Notes under the pieces: model-generated
What the model saw: the letters and a program-made list of their open reading frames with translations, nothing else
Told to the model about the DNA's origin: nothing
Database searches by the model: none
Position numbers and translations under genes: made by a program
NCBI RefSeq assembly: GCF_028368995.1
Contig: NZ_JAQNDL010000002.1
Coordinates: forward strand, 1,088,001-1,152,000
Direction: 5' to 3'
DNA: 64,000 nt
Source of the DNA: Nannocystis bainbridge
GTDB taxonomy: Bacteria; Myxococcota_A; Polyangia; Nannocystales; Nannocystaceae
In this document: in pieces, positions 18,901-29,000 of the stretch
Layout of the letters: every line of letters starts with the position of its first letter
Position numbering within the stretch: the first letter of the stretch is position 1

Positions 18901-19233
18901 CTGCTCTATGAACAGCGCAAGCATTCGGGGGATCTCCCGATCATCGGTGTGAACACGTTCATCAACCCCAACCGGACGGGTGACGAGGAGGCTGCCGGCC
19001 TCAACCTGACGCGCGCGAGCCACGCCGAGAAGACGGCTCAGATCGACCGTCTACGGGCGTTTCAGGCCCGAAACGCCGAGGCGGCACCGGCGGCGCTCGA
19101 GCGGCTGCGACAAGTCGCGTTGTCGGGTGGCAACACTTTCGCGGCGCTTATGGAGACTGCACGAGTCTGCAGTTTGGGACAGATCTCCAGGGCGTTGTTC
19201 GAGGTTGGCGGCGAGTATCGTCGGTCGATGTGA
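15907..19233 (+). CDS. icmF: Fused isobutyryl-CoA mutase / MeaI GTPase (B12-dependent)
   Basis: B12-binding FDGHDAAI...HLGHNR, P-loop GTGGAGKSS, ETSGIGQ, mutase motifs RLSTAFDSVTLYG, RGTVQADILKEDQ, HIQTSGRSLH; 1108 aa. Confidence 0.95.
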   Translation: MPSVDPKQETPVNPVSNGENGRYAAHHKIRVVTAAALFDGHDAAIGVMRRVLQSGGAEVIHLGHNRGAEEVVDAAIQEDAQAIAVSSYQGGHIEYFKYMVDLLRQKGAGHITVWGGGGGVIVPREIEELHAYGVQRIFSPEDGRRHGLTGMIDMILAGADFATAPADPLAEFAALRAPGALTAADHKSRLARLMTAVEAAVAAGGEQPLLDALRADDGKASAPVLGITGTGGAGKSSLTDELLARLLRDHADRRIAVVSVDPTRRRTGGALLGDRIRMNALRDPRVMMRSLATRAAGVELSRATDDIVRLLQRVGYDLVIVETSGIGQGDAEVTRIADLCLYVMTAEYGAPSQLEKIEMLDVAQFIAINKFEHKGSKDALRDVRKQVRRNRDIPYSLPDEQLPVFGTVASRFFDRGVNGLYAALCGALSERRPDAPWSCSIPAELRAPISDISDLIASERQHYLAEIVRQVRGYKARVKRQVQLAREIGALTTAQRLLADEADSPAFARKLEELRGQLDSDTRRALEELPKLFAAYREPEFVVKIRQSTVRYPTQVQTLSGTQQPRVAVPRDDEPGALVRFGLLENLPGYFPFTGGVFPFKREGEDPKRMFAGEGGPARTNERFHYLSAGEPAKRLSTAFDSVTLYGWDPDERPDVFGKIGESGVSICTLEDAKLLYSGFDLCDPATSVSMTINGPAPILLAFYMNTAIDQQVEREQQKLGRAVTEAERTAIADRTLQVVRGTVQADILKEDQAQNTCIFSIEFALRMMGDIQQYFIQKKVRNYYSVSISGYHIAEAGANPITQLAFTLSNGFTFVEYYRARGLGIDDFAPNLSFFFSNGLDSEYTVIGRVARRIWAIALRDLYGADERSQKLKYHIQTSGRSLHAMEIDFNDIRTTLQALFAYYDHCNSLHTNAYDEAITTPTEASVRRAMAIQLIITREQGLAKTENMLQGSYIVDELTELVEEAVLAEFLRLDERGGVLGAMERQYQRGKIQDESLLYEQRKHSGDLPIIGVNTFINPNRTGDEEAAGLNLTRASHAEKTAQIDRLRAFQARNAEAAPAALERLRQVALSGGNTFAALMETARVCSLGQISRALFEVGGEYRRSM

Positions 19234-19325
19234 GGACTGAGGATGCAGGTCAGGTGGGATGAAATTGCCTGTGACTGTGCAAATAGATTCCATCGTGTCC
19301 AAAGTCTTGTGCTAGCCTGGACGCC

Positions 19326-19877
19326 ATGTCCAAGTACGACGTGTCCCTGGTGTCCGCGGTCGAAGGCCGCAAGCGCCAGATCCTCGTGGATCTGCTGCGC
19401 CAGAACTCCGAGCTGACGCTCGGCGAACTGCATCAATTGTCGAAGGGCGAGCTCGGAAAGCTCCTCAGCTCGATCACCGTCCAGGAGCTCCTCCATGGCG
19501 AGAGCGGCGCCCGCGAGTCCGCGTCGATCGAGCCCGCGCGCGGCGGCCGTCCCGGCAAGCCCGGTCGCAAGCCGGTGGCGAAAGCGCCCGAGGCCAAGTC
19601 CACCAAGGAGACCGCCGCGCCCGCCAAGTCCGGCAAGGGCGCCAAGGCTGAGCCCGCTGCCGAGGTGAACACGCGCACCCCGACGGGCCGCGATGCGTTC
19701 GACAAGGGCGTGCTCGAGGTGCTCAAGAGCATCGGCGGTCCCGCCGGTGCCGGGGAGATCCAGCGTCGCGTCGGTGGCACCAACATGCAGGTTCGTTCGG
19801 CGGTCAACCGCCTGATCGAGGCCGGCCAGGTGACCTGGACCGGCAAGGCCCGCGGCACCCGTTATCGCGTCGCCTGA
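19326..19877 (+). CDS. Putative DNA-binding protein (K/A/P-rich histone-like linker plus C-terminal winged-helix)
   Basis: RGGRPGKPGRKPVAKAPEAKSTK linker; AGEIQRRVGGTNMQVRSAVNRLIEAGQVTWTGKARGTRY is wHTH-like. Confidence 0.65.
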   Translation: MSKYDVSLVSAVEGRKRQILVDLLRQNSELTLGELHQLSKGELGKLLSSITVQELLHGESGARESASIEPARGGRPGKPGRKPVAKAPEAKSTKETAAPAKSGKGAKAEPAAEVNTRTPTGRDAFDKGVLEVLKSIGGPAGAGEIQRRVGGTNMQVRSAVNRLIEAGQVTWTGKARGTRYRVA

Positions 19878-20014
19878 GCACGACGGTTCTTTGGCATCGC
19901 TGGAGCCGGTCGCACAGTCGCCAAGAGCGACCGCGCGATCGGCTTCGTCGCGACCGGCGTTGCGCAGATCGTTGCACAGGTCCCACCGGGCCGAGGTTGC
20001 GCTACGCTGCCGTT

Positions 20015-20932
20015 GTGGGACGCCCGACCCGAACCTCCGTCCAACTGTCCACCCTCGCCGCAATCGTCGCCCTGGCGGCCGGCTGTTCGCGTGAGCCCAA
20101 GGGCGCGACCGCGGGCGTGGACTCGACCACGACGACGACGCAGACGAGCTCCGGCAGCGAGACTTCGTCAGCCACGAGCCCGACCAGTACGACGACTTCG
20201 ACTTCGGAGGCCCCGCCGACGACGACGATGGGGGTCGACGACATGGGCAGCGTCGGTGGTCAGTGCAACCTGTTCATGCAGGACTGCCCGCTCGATCAAA
20301 AGTGCACGGCGTGGAACGAGGACGGCGGGCCGTTCCCCAACGGCACCCGCTGCGTGCCGGTCGACCTCAATCCGGCGCTGCCCGGCGAGGACTGTGTGGT
20401 CCCGGGCAAGTTCGGTGACGGCATCGACAACTGCGCTCGCGGCTCGATCTGCCTCGACCTCGAGAACACCGGCAAGGCGACGTGCGTGGCCTACTGCACC
20501 GGCAACATGGACGCGCCGAATTGCCCGAAGCCCGAGGACCGCTGCGCGTTCCTGTTCGAGCCGACGGTCCCGGTGTGCTTCAGCAAGTGCGACCCGCTGC
20601 TGCAGGACTGCAGCCCCGGCGAGACCTGCGTGCCCAACGAGGCCGCTCTCGGCGCCCCGCACTTCGTCTGCATGCCGCGCGTGTTCCCCGACCTCGGCAA
20701 GTACGGTGATTCATGCTACGCGCTGTCGGGCTGCGATCCGGGCAACCTCTGCATCTTCGGCGAGAATCTGCCGAGCTGCAAAACCCCGTACTGCTGCTCG
20801 GTGTGGTGCGACCTCGAATCGCCGGACTCCTGCCTCGACTACGATCCGACGCTGAGCTGCGTCCAGTGGTTCCAGGAGGGCGGGGCGACGCCCGGCTACG
20901 AGAACGTCGGCATCTGCGGCATCATGCAGTGA
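20015..20932 (+). CDS. Cys-rich lipoprotein with Thr/Ser linker
   Basis: Lipobox ALAAGC, T/S linker, repeated CNLFMQDCP/CDPLLQDCS modules, C-terminal VGICG; start GTG 20015 or TTG 19997. Confidence 0.75.
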   Translation: MGRPTRTSVQLSTLAAIVALAAGCSREPKGATAGVDSTTTTTQTSSGSETSSATSPTSTTTSTSEAPPTTTMGVDDMGSVGGQCNLFMQDCPLDQKCTAWNEDGGPFPNGTRCVPVDLNPALPGEDCVVPGKFGDGIDNCARGSICLDLENTGKATCVAYCTGNMDAPNCPKPEDRCAFLFEPTVPVCFSKCDPLLQDCSPGETCVPNEAALGAPHFVCMPRVFPDLGKYGDSCYALSGCDPGNLCIFGENLPSCKTPYCCSVWCDLESPDSCLDYDPTLSCVQWFQEGGATPGYENVGICGIMQ

Positions 20933-20936
20933 CGCG

Positions 20937-22049
20937 TCACGGCGCCTCGATCGCCGCCGGCGTGCAGTCCGGCGGCGCCGTGCGCGGGTTGCAGCGCGAC
21001 GGCATGCCACCCGGGATGGCGAACACGTAGTCGTACTTGTCGCCGCCGGGCGGCGGATAGTCGGTGCTGATGAAGTGCGCGCCGCTGGCCAGCGCCGCCG
21101 CGCCGCGCGAGAGGTCGCCGGCGCTCGGCTCGATGTTGTCGGCGTCGGCGCGGGTGCGCACGAGGTGGCCGGCCGCCACCGCGGCGTCGATGCGCGCGGC
21201 GTCGCCGACCGGATCGTTGAGCGAGTGGACCGCCGCGAACGGCAGCGTGAGGTCGCCGAACGCGTCAGGGAACAGGAGCCGCCCCGCGGTCCCGCCCGCC
21301 GTGTAGGCCTCACGCCACTTGCCGCCGTCGTGCAGGACCAGCAGCAGCTTGCCGCGCGCGTCGTCGATCGCCGGCCAGCCCCCCGCGGCCACGCCGTCGC
21401 GCAGATTGGCAGCAGCACCCTGGACGTCGTCGGGCACGATCAATCGCTCCTCGGGCCAGATCGACAGGACCTGTGATTCGAGGGTCGCCAGCAGCTCCTG
21501 GGCGGCGGGCGGATCGAACGCGCTCTTGAGCTCGAGCATGACGTAGAGCGGGTGATGCGAGGGATGTCCTTCGGACCATGTCCTCAAGGTCATCAAGCAG
21601 TCGACCAGGGTGGGGCAGGTCGAGGCGGTGTCGAGCAGGTCGATGTGATAGACGGCGATCGGCTCGCCGACGCCGGTAAACCACAGATCGAGCTCGAACT
21701 TGCGGACGCCCTGATCCCCGAGCTGCTGGTCGAGCGGGAGATGGGTGTAGTCCCACTCCTTGATCAGACTGCCAGGCGACAGGTGATAGCTGTTGTGAGT
21801 CCCGAGCGCCTGGAGCTGGTGCAGCCGCAGGCGGCCGTCCGGGGCGTCGCCGGTGGTGGTGGTCGGCGCGGTCCCACCGGTGCCGGTGCTTGTGTCTCCG
21901 GTGGTGCCGGTCGAACCGATGATGCCGGTCGAACCGGTGGCGCCGGTCGAACCAGTGGTGCCACCAGCGCCGTCGGTGGTGGCGCCGGCGGGCGCGCTGC
22001 AAGCGGCGAGGGTGCACACGATCCAGCCCAGCGACCCGAGGCGCGTCAT
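20937..22049 (-). CDS. Ca2+-dependent phosphoinositide-specific phospholipase C-like lipoprotein
   Basis: Lipobox TLAAC, GTHNSYH, QGVRKFELD, LVRTRAD, GAHFISTD. Confidence 0.8.
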   Translation of the reverse strand: MTRLGSLGWIVCTLAACSAPAGATTDGAGGTTGSTGATGSTGIIGSTGTTGDTSTGTGGTAPTTTTGDAPDGRLRLHQLQALGTHNSYHLSPGSLIKEWDYTHLPLDQQLGDQGVRKFELDLWFTGVGEPIAVYHIDLLDTASTCPTLVDCLMTLRTWSEGHPSHHPLYVMLELKSAFDPPAAQELLATLESQVLSIWPEERLIVPDDVQGAAANLRDGVAAGGWPAIDDARGKLLLVLHDGGKWREAYTAGGTAGRLLFPDAFGDLTLPFAAVHSLNDPVGDAARIDAAVAAGHLVRTRADADNIEPSAGDLSRGAAALASGAHFISTDYPPPGGDKYDYVFAIPGGMPSRCNPRTAPPDCTPAAIEAP

Positions 22050-22067
22050 GCCGCGATCGTACCGACG

Positions 22068-22808
22068 TCAGTACACGCAGTCGAGCGTGGCCTCGTGGAC
22101 CAGCGATAGCTCGACGCCGCCGCTCTCGAAGGTGAGGTCGAGCCGGTAGGGCTGGTTGCAGAAGCCGCAGCCGGGGGTCGGCGCACCCTTCTGTTTCATC
22201 TGCTCCTGCGCGAGCGTCTGGCCGGCGCCGACAGGGCCGCTCTCGTCCGGGAGCACGGTGATGTCGTGGACGCTCGGCACGTCGTCCGGAGACAGGGTGA
22301 TGGTCGCCTTCGTCAGCTCGGCCGAGCCCGTCGCCAGGCCCTGGCTATTGTCGTAGACGACGGTCCACCAGGCGAGGATGCTGTCAGGATCGACGATGGG
22401 TTGGCAATTGGCGTAGAGGAGGACGTCCTTGAGCTCGAGCGCCAGCGGCTCACCCACGGGCGCGTCGGTCGTCGAGCTGTCCGAAGTGCCAGACGAGGTG
22501 GTGTCGACCTCGGTGGTGCTGCCTTCGGTGGAGGTGGTCGCCACGCCTGTGTCAGTGGCGTCGGTCGTGCTGGTGCTGGTCGTCGAATCGGCGGTGTCGA
22601 TGCCGGTGGTCTCGCCCATGCTCTCGCCGGTCGAATCGGTGGAGGTGGTCGTGGTGCCGGTGGTCGGGCCCGTGGTCGGGCCGGGATCGGTGGAGCCGCC
22701 GGTGGTGGTGTCGGTCGAGGCCCCGGTGCCGGTCGAGGCGCTGCCGCTGTCACCGCATGCGGTGCCGAGGATGACGATGAATAGGCCAAGGTTCGCGCGG
22801 AGTTTCAT
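22068..22808 (-). CDS. Hypothetical lipoprotein with long Thr/Ser-rich linker
   Basis: MKLRANLGLFIVILGTAC lipobox, T/S/G linker, C-terminal domain containing NCQPIV and Cys pairs. Confidence 0.75.
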   Translation of the reverse strand: MKLRANLGLFIVILGTACGDSGSASTGTGASTDTTTGGSTDPGPTTGPTTGTTTTSTDSTGESMGETTGIDTADSTTSTSTTDATDTGVATTSTEGSTTEVDTTSSGTSDSSTTDAPVGEPLALELKDVLLYANCQPIVDPDSILAWWTVVYDNSQGLATGSAELTKATITLSPDDVPSVHDITVLPDESGPVGAGQTLAQEQMKQKGAPTPGCGFCNQPYRLDLTFESGGVELSLVHEATLDCVY

Positions 22809-23009
22809 GCCCGCGGAGGGTGGCAGCGCGAACCGGGCCGGGCAAGCGCACACCCCGAGCACCGTCGTTCCGCGGGAGATCGCCCCGCGTCCTCAAGCGC
22901 GCATCGACGCACTCGATCGGCGTCTCCGCGTGTGTAAGCATGAGCCCCGCCTCCGCGTTTGCATAGCGTTTCCGCTCCCCCCTTCACCCGAATGTGAATC
23001 GAGCGCTCC

Positions 23010-26000
23010 ATGCGTGACCACAAGCGACAGATCCGGCGCACGGCCCCGGCAGGCCTCTTCGCCGCGATGTTCTTCCTTCCGTCTTGCACCCCCAAGACTC
23101 CGCCGCCCGCGAACGAGACCGACACCACGCGGGAGACCGCGCAGACCCCGAAGCTCGACCTGTGGGCGGGCGTGCCCGCGATCGAGCCCGAGGACAGCGA
23201 CATCGCCGCCGAGTTGACGCCGACCCCGGGGCCGAAGCCGCCGCCGAGCGTGAGCGAGAAGATCGAGCTGCCGTTCCCGCCGCCCGCGCCGCCGAGCAAG
23301 CAGACCCAGGATCTGGCCCAGGAGGGCCCCCTGAAGGTCCTCCGCACCAGCCCGACCGAGAAGGCGCCCGGGCTCGTGGGCTCGGTCAGCGCGGTGTTCA
23401 ACCAGCCGATGGTGCCGCTGGCCTCGATCGACGACCTCAAGCTCGAGCGCTCGCCGCTGACCATCGAGCCGCTGCCGCCGGGCAAGTTCCGCTGGCTCGG
23501 CACGCAGATGATCGCGTTCGAGCCCGAGGGCCGCATGCCGTACTCGACCACGTACACGGCCAAGGTCGTGGCTGGCGAGACCTCGACGATGGGCACCAAG
23601 CTGGTCAAAGAGGTGAAGTGGCAGTTCACCACGCCGTCGCTCGAGATCGAGTCGTTTTCGCCCGGTGAGTACGAGTTCGCCACGCTCGATCCGGTGCTGG
23701 TGCTGCGCTTCAACCAAAAGATCGATCGCGACAAGCTGCTGGCCGCGATGCGCGTGAAGGGCGGGGCCGCGAGCTTCACCCAGGTCGCGCCGGAGCAGTG
23801 GGACACGCTGCCCGAGCCGTACCGCTCGCAGGCCAAGCAGGGCCCGCAGGAGCGCGTGCTCGTGCTGAAGCCGACCACGTCGCTGACCGCCAACACCCTC
23901 TACAACCTCGAGATCCCGCCCGGCGTGTACGGCGAGGGCCCGAACCCGAGCAAGGCGATCAAGCTCAAGCTGCGCACCTACCCGCCGCTGACGCTGAACG
24001 GCCCGCGCTGCTCGTCGGACTACTACTGGGAGTGCAACCCGATGGCCGGGCTCACGGTCAGCGCCTCGAACGAGCTGCTGACCGATCCGGGCGCCGAGAA
24101 GAAGGTCAAGGTCACGCCCGAGGTCCCCGACCTCAAGGTCACCGTGGCCGGCAGCATCCACCTGGCCGGCAAGTTCCGCGGCCTCGGCACCTACACGATC
24201 GAGGTCGAACCTGGCCTGAAGGACATCCACGGACAGGAGCTCAAGGCGCCGTACCGCAAGACGGTCACGCTGCCGGCGCTCGACGCCTCGCTGCAGTGGG
24301 CCGACCGCCCGGTCGATCCCGCCGTGCTCGAGCCGAGCCACTCCGGTCAGCTCGATCTCAAGGCGACCGGCCTGTCCTCGGTCGAGGTCCGCGCGCGCGC
24401 GTTCGAGCCGAGCGAGCTGCGCAAGGTCCTCGTCGACCGTCACGTGCGCTACGACGGCGAGTGGCCGGACTCGCTCAAGACGCCGACGTGGGACAAGCTG
24501 TTCGACGTCAGGGAGTCGCGCGTCGAGGCCGCGACCGTGTCGCTCGACGCCAGGGCGCTCGGCGCCGGCAACGGCAAGTTCGTGCTGCTCGGCGCGCGCT
24601 CGAACGCGATCGGCGACAGCAACTGGCGCTATCGTCAGTCGCTGACGCAGGTGGTGCAGGTCACCCGCCTCGGCGTGACCGCGGCGCTCGACAGCGACAG
24701 CGGCGTCATCCTCGTCACCGACATCGAGACCGGCGAGCCGCTGTCCGGGGTCGAGCTCGGGCTCCACAACATGTCGCTCGACTCGGCGGCGTGGTCGGGC
24801 ACGTCGGGGCCCGACGGCCTCGCCGAGCTGAAGCACGGCACGCAGTACGACCAGCCGTACATCCTCGCGCGCTACCAGGGCGAGGTCGCGTACGTCCCGC
24901 TGCAGCAGACGGCCGACAACTCGTGGGGCTCGTGGATGCACACGAACCGCGAGGACGAGCCGCGGATCTTCTTCTACACCGATCGTCAGCCGTACAAGCC
25001 GGGTGAGACGGTGCACCTGCAAGGGATCGTCCGCGAGGAGACGCGCGGCCCGGCCGGCAAGGTCCAGCTGTGGCGCCCCGACACGCCCGCCAGCTACACG
25101 GTGAACGGGCCGCGCGGCCACGAGGTCGCCAAGGGCGAGCTCAAGATCGGTCAGTTCGGCACCTTCAGCGTCGACATCCCGATCCCGGCCGACGGCGACA
25201 CCGGCAGCTACAGCCTGCAGGTCAACTCGCCCGGGGGCCTGTTCTCGAGCGAGCGCTCGTTCTACCACGCGTTCGAGGTCCAGCAGTTCCGCGCGCCCGA
25301 GTTCGAGGTCAAGGTCGAGCGGCCGGCCGCGGCGCCGCTGCTCTACGGCGACACGCTGCAGGCCGAGATCAAGGCCAGCTACTTCCACGGCGCGCCGATG
25401 GTCGGGGCCGAGGCGACCTACACCTTGCGGCGGCAGGACTCGCCGTACCGCCCGCCGGGCAGCGAGAACGAGTCGTTCACGTTCGGCAAGGGCGGCCAGG
25501 AGTGGTGGTTCGGCGGCGGCGATTTCGGCCACTTCGAGGGCGGCGGCGGCCTTTACCGCGGCAAGGGCTTCCCGGGCTCGTTCGGCAACGACATCCTGGT
25601 GCGCCAGGGCAGCGGGCAGACCGACGCGCGCGGCCTGCTCGCCGTCACTCACTTGCTCGCCGCGGTCGAGACGCCGTGGGGCCAGAAGACGCCGGTGCCG
25701 CCGGCCGGGCCGAAGTCGGAGGAGCCGCCGAGCGCCTCGACGTACACGCTCGAGGCCGCCGTCGTCGACGAGAACCGGCAGTCGATCGCCGGCCGCTCGA
25801 CCTACGTCGTCCACCCCGCGAGCGAGTACGCGGGCGTGCGCGCCGATCGCTCGGTGTATCGCGCCGGTGAGCGCGCGCGGCTCGAGGCGGTCGTCGTCGA
25901 CGTCGAAGGCAAGCGGGTCAGCGGGCGCGATGTCCAGGTCAAGCTGGTGCGCAAGGAGACCTCGCGCGCCGCGGTGCAGGAGAACGGTTCGTGGCAATAC

Positions 26001-29000
26001 AAGTACGAGACGGTCGACGTCGAGGTCGGTAACTGCGCGCTGGTCTCGGCCGAGGCGCCCGTCAATTGCGAGCTCGTGGTCGACAAGGCCGGCAGCTACG
26101 ACATCCGCGCCCTCATCAGCGATCCGAAGGGCAACAAGTCGCTGTCGAAGCACCCGTTCTACGTCTACGGCGAGGACGCGGTGGTGTGGCAGCAGGACCA
26201 GCACCGCGTCGACATGGTGCCCGACAAGCGCACCTACGAGCCCGGCGACAAGGCGACCGTGCTGGTGCGCTCGCCGTTCGACAAGGCGCGCGGCCTGGTG
26301 GTCGTCGCCCGCGAGGGCATCGTCTCGCACTACCCGATCGAGGTGAAGGGCGGGGCGGCGACGATCGAGGTGCCGATCGACGAGGCGCAGATCCCCAACC
26401 TGCGCGCGTCGGTGCTGCTGGTGCGCGGGCGCGTCGAAGTGCCCGGCGCGCCGCCCGGACAGGACCTCGGCCGCCCGGCCTTCGCCGTCGGCCACGTCGA
26501 CCTCAAGGTCGCCGCGACGCGCAAGAAGATCGCGCTCGAGGTCGTGCCGGAGAAGACCGAGGTCGCGCCGAAGGACACGCTGAAGCTCACCCTCAAGGCC
26601 AAGGACTTCGGTGGTGCGCCGCAGAAGGCCGCCGTCGCGGTGATGGTGGTCGACGAGGGCGTGCTGAGCCTGATGGGCTTCCAGACCCCCGACCCGCTGG
26701 CGTTCTTCCACCACGACCGCGACCCGGGCGTCAGCCTCTACGACATGCGCCAGTTCCTGGTCGCCAAGAAGGACGCCGAGCCGCCGGTTCCCGTGCCGGA
26801 GGCGCAGCAGAGCGTCCCGGCCGACGCGCTGGGCGACACCGGCCTCGGCATGCGGGGCACCGGCGCCGGGGGCGGCGGCTACGGCAGCAGCGCCGGCTTC
26901 CTGGGCGGCATGGCCGACAAGGCCGGGGCGCCGCCGCCGGCCATGCCGATGGAGGCGGCCGAGGAGCGCAAGGAGGCCGAGGCCAGCAACGTGATGCAGA
27001 AGAACAAGCGGCAGGCCACGTTCACCACGACGCTCGACACGACCGTGGCGATGAACCAGCCGATCTCGCTGCGCTCGCTGTTCGCGACCACCGCTTACTT
27101 CAACGCCGAGGTCGCGATCGACGCCAGCGGCGAGGCGACGGTCGAGATCCCGATGCCGGAGAACCTGACCAGCTTCCGCGTCATGGCGGTCGCCGTCGAC
27201 CCCGACCAGGCCGACCGCTTCGGCTCGGGCGAGGCCAGCGTCAAGGTGCGCAAGCCGATCATGCTGCGGCCGAGCCTGCCGCGGTTCGCCAACTTCGGCG
27301 ACAAGTTCGAGGCCTCGGTGATGGTCGACAACCAGACCAGCGAGCCGCAGGCGATCCTCGTCGGCACGCGCGGCAGCAACGTCGTCGTCTCGGGCGAGCC
27401 GACCGTCGGCGTCGAGATCCCCGCCGGCGAGTCGCGCGAGGTCCGGTTCCCGATGGCGGTCGATCGCGTCGGCACCATGCGCCTGCAGTTCGCCGCGCTC
27501 TCGAACGGCGGCCGCGACGCGACCGAGCTGGCGCTGCCGGTGCACTACCCGGCGACGCGGCAGGCGTTCGCCGACTACGGCGTGACCGACGGCAGCATCG
27601 CCCGCACGCTCAAGGTCCCCGACGACGCGCTGCCGGCGTTCGGCGGGCTCGAGGTGAGCATGAGCTCGACGGCGCTGACCGGCCTCGAGGACGCGGTCGA
27701 TTTCCTCGTCGGCTACAAGTACGAGTGCACCGAGCAGCTGGCCAGCCGCTTGCTGCCGATCTTCGTGCTCGGCCCGGTGCTCGAGCAGTTCCCGATCGCC
27801 AGCGTCAGCGACCTCGTCAAGCGGCAAGCGCTCGGCGCCGCCGGCGTGGCGCGGATCCAGTCGCGGCAGAACTGGGACGGCGGCTTCCGCTTCTGGGACG
27901 AGGCGGCCCGCAGCTCGCCGTACCTGACCGCGTGGGTGACGTTCGCCTGGCTCGAGGGCAAGGCGGCCGGCTTCAAGGTCGACGACAGCGCGATCGACCG
28001 GGCGATGAACTACCTCGACAACTTCGTGCGCAACGGCGAGGCCACCCCGTGGGGTCGCTTCTACGATCACACCAGCCGGGCCTTCGCGCTGTGGCTGATG
28101 AGCCGCGACGGGCGCGGCAGCGACCTGTTCGAGCGCGTGTACGCCAAGCGCAAGGAGATGCCGCTCTACGCCCACGCGCTGCTGCTGTCGACCGCGCACC
28201 GCTACGGCATGACCGGCTCGCGCGACGCGCTGCTGCAGGAGTTCCGCTCCAAGGTGGTCGAGAACGCCAAGACGGCGCACTTCGCCGAGAGCAAGCGCGA
28301 GGGCGACGACAGCTACGGCCTGCAGGTGCTCATGCACTCGAACGTGCAGACCGACGCGATCGCGCTGATGGCCCTGCTCGAGGTGGCCGAGGCCGACCCG
28401 CTGCTGCCGAAGGTCATGGCGGGGATCCTCGACGACCGCGACCCGAAGAAGGGCGGGCAGTGGGGCACCACCCACGCCAACGCCTGGGCGCTGCTGGCGG
28501 CCAGCCGCTACTTCACCACCATCGAGAAGGACGTGCCCGACTACGTCGCGCGCGTCTGGCTCGACAGCGCGTTCGCCGGCGAGCGCGCCTTCAAGGGCCG
28601 CAGCATGGCGGTGGTCGAGCAGCAGATCCCGATGAGCAAGCTGATCGAGCAGAAGCCGCGCGAGCTGCTGCTGAGCAAGGACGGACCGGGCCTCCTCTAC
28701 TACCGGCTCGGGCTGCGCTACGCGCCCGCCGACCTGGCCATGAAGGCCGAGTCGCAGGGCTTCACCGTGCACCGCAGCTACGAGCCGCTGGCGCAGGGCG
28801 GCGACAAGCCGGACCCCGAGTCGGTCAAGAAGCTCGAGGACGGCACCTGGCAGATCAAGGCCGGCGCGCTGGTGCGCGTCAACCTCACGCTCGTCGCCAA
28901 GGACCGGGCCAACTACGTCGTCGTCGACGACCCGCTGCCGGCCGGCTTCGAGGGCCAGAACGCCAAGTTCTCGACCACCCTGCGCGACGTGCAGGGCGGC

